Shown here: positions 1 through 9,200 of the stretch, piece by piece | Position numbering within the stretch: position 1 is the first letter of the stretch | Layout of the letters: every line of letters starts with the position of its first letter | Source: Eledone cirrhosa | Taxonomy: Eukaryota | Assembly: GCA_964016885.1 (NCBI GenBank) | Contig: OZ024743.1 | Location: 234,236,001-234,300,000, forward strand | DNA length: 64,000 bases | Direction of reading: 5' to 3' | Position numbers and translations under genes: made by a program | Notes under the pieces: generated by a model | The model's input: the letters and a program-made list of their open reading frames with translations, nothing else | Databases searched by the model: none | What the model was told of the DNA's origin: nothing

Positions 1-116
1 TTACTGGTAGATGTGCAGACACTCATTGGCTATGGGTGGCGTGAATTTCAGCAAGATATCTCCGTAAAATCAATAGTTGTGGCTGTGGAACCAAACCGTG
101 TTAAACGTCAGCAAAG

Positions 117-177
117 TCCGCCGGCGAATGGTGTGCTTCGAAGAAAACGAATCCAAAAATGACGATTTGCCGGCGGA
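117..177. repeat. Intra-monomer inverted repeat with 13-bp arms and a 35-nt loop (present in every monomer)
   Basis: TCCGCCGGCGAAT (117-129) against ATTTGCCGGCGGA (165-177) is 12/13 complementary, and 13/13 in Q-variant monomers. Confidence 0.93.
136..152 (+). other. CENP-B-box-like motif (degenerate, function unproven)
   Basis: CTTCGAAGAAAACGAAT matches NTTCGNNNNANNCGGGN at 7 of 9 core positions, with CGAA in place of CGGG. Confidence 0.3.
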
Positions 178-248
178 GTTACCTTTTCAATCGCGGGCCG
201 GCCGCCCGTGGTCGGATCGATCTGTAATTACTGGTACCTGTGCAGACA

Positions 249-259
249 CTCATTGGCTA
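249..259 (-). promoter_or_regulatory. NF-Y-type CCAAT box motif (sequence match only)
   Basis: The minus strand reads TAGCCAATGAG, matching the extended consensus YRRCCAATSRS. There is no evidence of activity. Confidence 0.25.
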
Positions 260-3200
260 TGGGTGGCGTGAATTTCAGCAAGATATCTCCGTAAAATCAA
301 TAGTTGTGGCTGTGGAACCAAACCGTGTTAAACGTCAACAAAGTCCGCCGGCGAATGGTGTGCTTCGAAGAAAACGAATCCAAAAATGACGATTTGCCGG
401 CGGAGTTACCTTTTCAATCGCGGGCCGGCCGCCCGTGGTCGGATCGATCTGTAATTACTGGTACATGTGCAGACACTCATTGGCTATGTGTGGCGTGAAT
501 TTCAGCAAGATATCTCCGTAAAATCAATAGTTGTGGCTGTGGAACCAAACCGTGTTAAACGTCAGCAAAGTCCGCCGGCGAATGGTGTGCTTCGAAGAAA
601 ACGAATCCAAAAATGACGATTTGCCGGCGGAGTTACCTTTTCAATCGCGGGCCGGCCGCCCGTGGTCGGATCGATCTGTAATTACTGGTAGATGTGCAGA
701 CACTCATTGGCTATGGGTGGCGTGAATTTCAGCAAGATATCTCCGTAAAATCAATAGTTGTGGCTGTGGAACCAAACCGTGTTAAACGTCAGCAAAGTCC
801 GCCGGCGAATGGTGTGCTTCGAAGAAAACGAATCCAAAAATGACGATTTGCCGGCGGAGTTACCTTTTCAATCGCGGGCCGGCCGCCCGTGGTCGGATCG
901 ATCTGTAATTACTGGTACCTGTGCAGACACTCATTGGCTATGGGTGGCGTGAATTTCAGCAAGATATCTCCGTAAAATCAATAGTTGTGGCTGTGGAACC
1001 AAACCGTGTTAAACGTCAACAAAGTCCGCCGGCGAATGGTGTGCTTCGAAGAAAACGAATCCAAAAATGACGATTTGCCGGCGGAGTTACCTTTTCAATC
1101 GCGGGCCGGCCGCCCGTGGTCGGATCGATCTGTAATTACTGGTACATGTGCAGACACTCATTGGCTATGTGTGGCGTGAATTTCAGCAAGATATCTCCGT
1201 AAAATCAATAGTTGTGGCTGTGGAACCAAACCGTGTTAAACGTCAGCAAAGTCCGCCGGCGAATGGTGTGCTTCGAAGAAAACGAATCCAAAAATGACGA
1301 TTTGCCGGCGGAGTTACCTTTTCAATCGCGGGCCGGCCGCCCGTGGTCGGATCGATCTGTAATTACTGGTAGATGTGCAGACACTCATTGGCTATGGGTG
1401 GCGTGAATTTCAGCAAGATATCTCCGTAAAATCAATAGTTGTGGCTGTGGAACCAAACCGTGTTAAACGTCAGCAAAGTCCGCCGGCGAATGGTGTGCTT
1501 CGAAGAAAACGAATCCAAAAATGACGATTTGCCGGCGGAGTTACCTTTTCAATCGCGGGCCGGCCGCCCGTGGTCGGATCGATCTGTAATTACTGGTACC
1601 TGTGCAGACACTCATTGGCTATGGGTGGCGTGAATTTCAGCAAGATATCTCCGTAAAATCAATAGTTGTGGCTGTGGAACCAAACCGTGTTAAACGTCAG
1701 CAAAGTCCGCCGGCGAATGGTGTGCTTCGAAGAAAACGAATCCAAAAATGACGATTTGCCGGCGGAGTTACCTTTTCAATCGCGGCCCGGCCGCCCGTGG
1801 TCGGATCGATCTGTAATTACTGGTACATGTGCAGACACTCATTGGCTATGTGTGGCGTGAATTTCAGCAAGATATCTCCGTAAAATCAATAGTTGTGGCT
1901 GTGGAACCAAACCGTGTTAAACGTCAACAAAGTCCGCCGGCGAATGGTGTGCTTCGAAGAAAACGAATCCAAAAATGACGATTTGCCGGCGGAGTTACCT
2001 TTTCTATCGCGGGCCGGCCGCCCGTGGTCGGATCGATCTGTAATTACTGGTACATGTGCAGACACTCATTGGCTATGTGTGGCGTGAATTTCAGCAAGAT
2101 ATCTCCGTAAAATCAATAGTTGTGGCTGTGGAACCAAACCGTGTTAAACGTCAGCAAAGTCCGCCGGCGAATGGTGTGCTTCGAAGAAAACGAATCCAAA
2201 AATGACGATTTGCCGGCGGAGTTACCTTTTCAATCGCGGCCCGGCCGCCCGTGGTCGGATCGATCTGTAATTACTGGTACATGTGCAGACACTCATTGGC
2301 TATGTGTGGCGTGAATTTCAGCAAGATATCTCCGTAAAATCAATAGTTGTGGCTGTGGAACCAAACCGTGTTAAACGTCAACAAAGTCCGCCGGCGAATG
2401 GTGTGCTTCGAAGAAAACGAATCCAAAAATGACGATTTGCCGGCGGAGTTACCTTTTCAATCGCGGGCCGGCCGCCCGTGGTCGGATCGATCTGTAATTA
2501 CTGGTACATGTGCAGACACTCATTGGCTATGTGTGGCGTGAATTTCAGCAAGATATCTCCGTAAAATCAATAGTTGTGGCTGTGGAACCAAACCGTGTTA
2601 AACGTCAGCAAAGTCCGCCGGCGAATGGTGTGCTTCGAAGAAAACGAATCCAAAAATGACGATTTGCCGGCGGAGTTACCTTTTCAATCGCGGGCCGGCC
2701 GCCCGTGGTCGGATCGATCTGTAATTACTGGTAGATGTGCAGACACTCATTGGCTATGGGTGGCGTGAATTTCAGCAAGATATCTCCGTAAAATCAATAG
2801 TTGTGGCTGTGGAACCAAACCGTGTTAAACGTCAGCAAAGTCCGCCGGCGAATGGTGTGCTTCGAAGAAAACGAATCCAAAAATGACGATTTGCCGGCGG
2901 AGTTACCTTTTCAATCGCGGGCCGGCCGCCCGTGGTCGGATCGATCTGTAATTACTGGTACCTGTGCAGACACTCATTGGCTATGGGTGGCGTGAATTTC
3001 AGCAAGATATCTCCGTAAAATCAATAGTTGTGGCTGTGGAACCAAACCGTGTTAAACGTCAGCAAAGTCCGCCGGCGAATGGTGTGCTTCGAAGAAAACG
3101 AATCCAAAAATGACGATTTGCCGGCGGAGTTACCTTTTCAATCGCGGCCCGGCCGCCCGTGGTCGGATCGATCTGTAATTACTGGTACATGTGCAGACAC

Positions 3201-6200
3201 TCATTGGCTATGTGTGGCGTGAATTTCAGCAAGATATCTCCGTAAAATCAATAGTTGTGGCTGTGGAACCAAACCGTGTTAAACGTCAACAAAGTCCGCC
3301 GGCGAATGGTGTGCTTCGAAGAAAACGAATCCAAAAATGACGATTTGCCGGCGGAGTTACCTTTTCAATCGCGGGCCGGCCGCCCGTGGTCGGATCGATC
3401 TGTAATTACTGGTACATGTGCAGACACTCATTGGCTATGTGTGGCGTGAATTTCAGCAAGATATCTCCGTAAAATCAATAGTTGTGGCTGTGGAACCAAA
3501 CCGTGTTAAACGTCAGCAAAGTCCGCCGGCGAATGGTGTGCTTCGAAGAAAACGAATCCAAAAATGACGATTTGCCGGCGGAGTTACCTTTTCAATCGCG
3601 GGCCGGCCGCCCGTGGTCGGATCGATCTGTAATTACTGGTAGATGTGCAGACACTCATTGGCTATGGGTGGCGTGAATTTCAGCAAGATATCTCCGTAAA
3701 ATCAATAGTTGTGGCTGTGGAACCAAACCGTGTTAAACGTCAGCAAAGTCCGCCGGCGAATGGTGTGCTTCGAAGAAAACGAATCCAAAAATGACGATTT
3801 GCCGGCGGAGTTACCTTTTCAATCGCGGGCCGGCCGCCCGTGGTCGGATCGATCTGTAATTACTGGTACCTGTGCAGACACTCATTGGCTATGGGTGGCG
3901 TGAATTTCAGCAAGATATCTCCGTAAAATCAATAGTTGTGGCTGTGGAACCAAACCGTGTTAAACGTCAACAAAGTCCGCCGGCGAATGGTGTGCTTCGA
4001 AGAAAACGAATCCAAAAATGACGATTTGCCGGCGGAGTTACCTTTTCAATCGCGGGCCGGCCGCCCGTGGTCGGATCGATCTGTAATTACTGGTACATGT
4101 GCAGACACTCATTGGCTATGTGTGGCGTGAATTTCAGCAAGATATCTCCGTAAAATCAATAGTTGTGGCTGTGGAACCAAACCGTGTTAAACGTCAGCAA
4201 AGTCCGCCGGCGAATGGTGTGCTTCGAAGAAAACGAATCCAAAAATGACGATTTGCCGGCGGAGTTACCTTTTCAATCGCGGGCCGGCCGCCCGTGGTCG
4301 GATCGATCTGTAATTACTGGTAGATGTGCAGACACTCATTGGCTATGGGTGGCGTGAATTTCAGCAAGATATCTCCGTAAAATCAATAGTTGTGGCTGTG
4401 GAACCAAACCGTGTTAAACGTCAGCAAAGTCCGCCGGCGAATGGTGTGCTTCGAAGAAAACGAATCCAAAAATGACGATTTGCCGGCGGAGTTACCTTTT
4501 CAATCGCGGGCCGGCCGCCCGTGGTCGGATCGATCTGTAATTACTGGTACCTGTGCAGACACTCATTGGCTATGGGTGGCGTGAATTTCAGCAAGATATC
4601 TCCGTAAAATCAATAGTTGTGGCTGTGGAACCAAACCGTGTTAAACGTCAGCAAAGTCCGCCGGCGAATGGTGTGCTTCGAAGAAAACGAATCCAAAAAT
4701 GACGATTTGCCGGCGGAGTTACCTTTTCAATCGCGGCCCGGCCGCCCGTGGTCGGATCGATCTGTAATTACTGGTACATGTGCAGACACTCATTGGCTAT
4801 GTGTGGCGTGAATTTCAGCAAGATATCTCCGTAAAATCAATAGTTGTGGCTGTGGAACCAAACCGTGTTAAACGTCAACAAAGTCCGCCGGCGAATGGTG
4901 TGCTTCGAAGAAAACGAATCCAAAAATGACGATTTGCCGGCGGAGTTACCTTTTCTATCGCGGGCCGGCCGCCCGTGGTCGGATCGATCTGTAATTACTG
5001 GTACATGTGCAGACACTCATTGGCTATGTGTGGCGTGAATTTCAGCAAGATATCTCCGTAAAATCAATAGTTGTGGCTGTGGAACCAAACCGTGTTAAAC
5101 GTCAGCAAAGTCCGCCGGCGAATGGTGTGCTTCGAAGAAAACGAATCCAAAAATGACGATTTGCCGGCGGAGTTACCTTTTCAATCGCGGCCCGGCCGCC
5201 CGTGGTCGGATCGATCTGTAATTACTGGTACATGTGCAGACACTCATTGGCTATGTGTGGCGTGAATTTCAGCAAGATATCTCCGTAAAATCAATAGTTG
5301 TGGCTGTGGAACCAAACCGTGTTAAACGTCAACAAAGTCCGCCGGCGAATGGTGTGCTTCGAAGAAAACGAATCCAAAAATGACGATTTGCCGGCGGAGT
5401 TACCTTTTCAATCGCGGGCCGGCCGCCCGTGGTCGGATCGATCTGTAATTACTGGTACATGTGCAGACACTCATTGGCTATGTGTGGCGTGAATTTCAGC
5501 AAGATATCTCCGTAAAATCAATAGTTGTGGCTGTGGAACCAAACCGTGTTAAACGTCAGCAAAGTCCGCCGGCGAATGGTGTGCTTCGAAGAAAACGAAT
5601 CCAAAAATGACGATTTGCCGGCGGAGTTACCTTTTCAATCGCGGGCCGGCCGCCCGTGGTCGGATCGATCTGTAATTACTGGTAGATGTGCAGACACTCA
5701 TTGGCTATGGGTGGCGTGAATTTCAGCAAGATATCTCCGTAAAATCAATAGTTGTGGCTGTGGAACCAAACCGTGTTAAACGTCAGCAAAGTCCGCCGGC
5801 GAATGGTGTGCTTCGAAGAAAACGAATCCAAAAATGACGATTTGCCGGCGGAGTTACCTTTTCAATCGCGGGCCGGCCGCCCGTGGTCGGATCGATCTGT
5901 AATTACTGGTACCTGTGCAGACACTCATTGGCTATGGGTGGCGTGAATTTCAGCAAGATATCTCCGTAAAATCAATAGTTGTGGCTGTGGAACCAAACCG
6001 TGTTAAACGTCAACAAAGTCCGCCGGCGAATGGTGTGCTTCGAAGAAAACGAATCCAAAAATGACGATTTGCCGGCGGAGTTACCTTTTCAATCGCGGGC
6101 CGGCCGCCCGTGGTCGGATCGATCTGTAATTACTGGTACATGTGCAGACACTCATTGGCTATGTGTGGCGTGAATTTCAGCAAGATATCTCCGTAAAATC

Positions 6201-9200
6201 AATAGTTGTGGCTGTGGAACCAAACCGTGTTAAACGTCAGCAAAGTCCGCCGGCGAATGGTGTGCTTCGAAGAAAACGAATCCAAAAATGACGATTTGCC
6301 GGCGGAGTTACCTTTTCAATCGCGGGCCGGCCGCCCGTGGTCGGATCGATCTGTAATTACTGGTAGATGTGCAGACACTCATTGGCTATGGGTGGCGTGA
6401 ATTTCAGCAAGATATCTCCGTAAAATCAATAGTTGTGGCTGTGGAACCAAACCGTGTTAAACGTCAGCAAAGTCCGCCGGCGAATGGTGTGCTTCGAAGA
6501 AAACGAATCCAAAAATGACGATTTGCCGGCGGAGTTACCTTTTCAATCGCGGGCCGGCCGCCCGTGGTCGGATCGATCTGTAATTACTGGTACCTGTGCA
6601 GACACTCATTGGCTATGGGTGGCGTGAATTTCAGCAAGATATCTCCGTAAAATCAATAGTTGTGGCTGTGGAACCAAACCGTGTTAAACGTCAGCAAAGT
6701 CCGCCGGCGAATGGTGTGCTTCGAAGAAAACGAATCCAAAAATGACGATTTGCCGGCGGAGTTACCTTTTCAATCGCGGCCCGGCCGCCCGTGGTCGGAT
6801 CGATCTGTAATTACTGGTACATGTGCAGACACTCATTGGCTATGTGTGGCGTGAATTTCAGCAAGATATCTCCGTAAAATCAATAGTTGTGGCTGTGGAA
6901 CCAAACCGTGTTAAACGTCAGCAAAGTCCGCCGGCGAATGGTGTGCTGCGAAGAAAACGAATCCAAAAATGACGATTTGCCGGCGGAGTTACCTTTTCAA
7001 TCGCGGGCCGGCCGCCCGTGGTCGGATCGATCTGTAATTACTGGTAGATGTGCAGACACTCATTGGCTATGGGTGGCGTGAATTTCAGCAAGATATCTCC
7101 GTAAAATCAATAGTTGTGGCTGTGGAACCAAACCGTGTTAAACGTCAGCAAAGTCCGCCGGCGAATGGTGTGCTTCGAAGAAAACGAATCCAAAAATGAC
7201 GATTTGCCGGCGGAGTTACCTTTTCAATCGCGGGCCGGCCGCCCGTGGTCGGATCGATCTGTAATTACTGGTACCTGTGCAGACACTCATTGGCTATGGG
7301 TGGCGTGAATTTCAGCAAGATATCTCCGTAAAATCAATAGTTGTGGCTGTGGAACCAAACCGTGTTAAACGTCAGCAAAGTCCGCCGGCGAATGGTGTGC
7401 TTCGAAGAAAACGAATCCAAAAATGACGATTTGCCGGCGGAGTTACCTTTTCAATCGCGGGCCGGCCGCCCGTGGTCGGATCGATCTGTAATTACTGGTA
7501 CCTGTGCAGACACTCATTGGCTATGGGTGGCGTGAATTTCAGCAAGATATCTCCGTAAAATCAATAGTTGTGGCTGTGGAACCAAACCGTGTTAAACGTC
7601 AGCAAAGTCCGCCGGCGAATGGTGTGCTTCGAAGAAAACGAATCCAAAAATGACGATTTGCCGGCGGAGTTACCTTTTCAATCGCGGCCCGGCCGCCCGT
7701 GGTCGGATCGATCTGTAATTACTGGTACATGTGCAGACACTCATTGGCTATGTGTGGCGTGAATTTCAGCAAGATATCTCCGTAAAATCAATAGTTGTGG
7801 CTGTGGAACCAAACCGTGTTAAACGTCAGCAAAGTCCGCCGGCGAATGGTGTGCTGCGAAGAAAACGAATCCAAAAATGACGATTTGCCGGCGGAGTTAC
7901 CTTTTCAATCGCGGGCCGGCCGCCCGTGGTCGGATCGATCTGTAATTACTGGTAGATGTGCAGACACTCATTGGCTATGGGTGGCGTGAATTTCAGCAAG
8001 ATATCTCCGTAAAATCAATAGTTGTGGCTGTGGAACCAAACCGTGTTAAACGTCAGCAAAGTCCGCCGGCGAATGGTGTGCTTCGAAGAAAACGAATCCA
8101 AAAATGACGATTTGCCGGCGGAGTTACCTTTTCAATCGCGGGCCGGCCGCCCGTGGTCGGATCGATCTGTAATTACTGGTACCTGTGCAGACACTCATTG
8201 GCTATGGGTGGCGTGAATTTCAGCAAGATATCTCCGTAAAATCAATAGTTGTGGCTGTGGAACCAAACCGTGTTAAACGTCAGCAAAGTCCGCCGGCGAA
8301 TGGTGTGCTTCGAAGAAAACGAATCCAAAAATGACGATTTGCCGGCGGAGTTACCTTTTCAATCGCGGCCCGGCCGCCCGTGGTCGGATCGATCTGTAAT
8401 TACTGGTACATGTGCAGACACTCATTGGCTATGTGTGGCGTGAATTTCAGCAAGATATCTCCGTAAAATCAATAGTTGTGGCTGTGGAACCAAACCGTGT
8501 TAAACGTCAACAAAGTCCGCCGGCGAATGGTGTGCTTCGAAGAAAACGAATCCAAAAATGACGATTTGCCGGCGGAGTTACCTTTTCTATCGCGGGCCGG
8601 CCGCCCGTGGTCGGATCGATCTGTAATTACTGGTACATGTGCAGACACTCATTGGCTATGGGTGGCGTGAATTTCAGCAAGATATCTCCGTAAAATCAAT
8701 AGTTGTGGCTGTGGAACCAAACCGTGTTAAACGTCAGCAAAGTCCGCCGGCGAATGGTGTGCTTCGAAGAAAACGAATCCAAAAATGACGATTTGCCGGC
8801 GGAGTTACCTTTTCAATCGCGGGCCGGCCGCCCGTGGTCGGATCGATCTGTAATTACTGGTACCTGTGCAGACACTCATTGGCTATGGGTGGCGTGAATT
8901 TCAGCAAGATATCTCCGTAAAATCAATAGTTGTGGCTGTGGAACCAAACCGTGTTAAACGTCAGCAAAGTCCGCCGGCGAATGGTGTGCTTCGAAGAAAA
9001 CGAATCCAAAAATGACGATTTGCCGGCGGAGTTACCTTTTCAATCGCGGCCCGGCCGCCCGTGGTCGGATCGATCTGTAATTACTGGTACATGTGCAGAC
9101 ACTCATTGGCTATGTGTGGCGTGAATTTCAGCAAGATATCTCCGTAAAATCAATAGTTGTGGCTGTGGAACCAAACCGTGTTAAACGTCAGCAAAGTCCG

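Larger units (their letters stand above)
77..303 (+). repeat. Representative 227-bp monomer (arbitrary phase), TTGTGGCTGTGGAACC...GTAAAATCAATAG
   Basis: Read directly. Hand count gives 114/227 G+C and 19 CpG. Main polymorphic sites: 111 G/A, 126 G/A, 189 A/T, 197 G/C, 237-238 CC/CA/GA, 262 G/T. Confidence 0.98.

Noticed and set aside
244-252. Minus-strand TGAGTGTCT resembling part of the Euglena spliced leader
   Set aside because: It is only 9 nt, the flanks do not match, and it is not adjacent to the splice-donor motif.
77-303. 5S rRNA, tRNA or U snRNA tandem gene cluster
   Set aside because: I found no recognisable 5S sequence, tRNA cloverleaf with T-loop GTTCRA, or U1-U6 conserved motif on either strand by eye. 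An Rfam search was not run.
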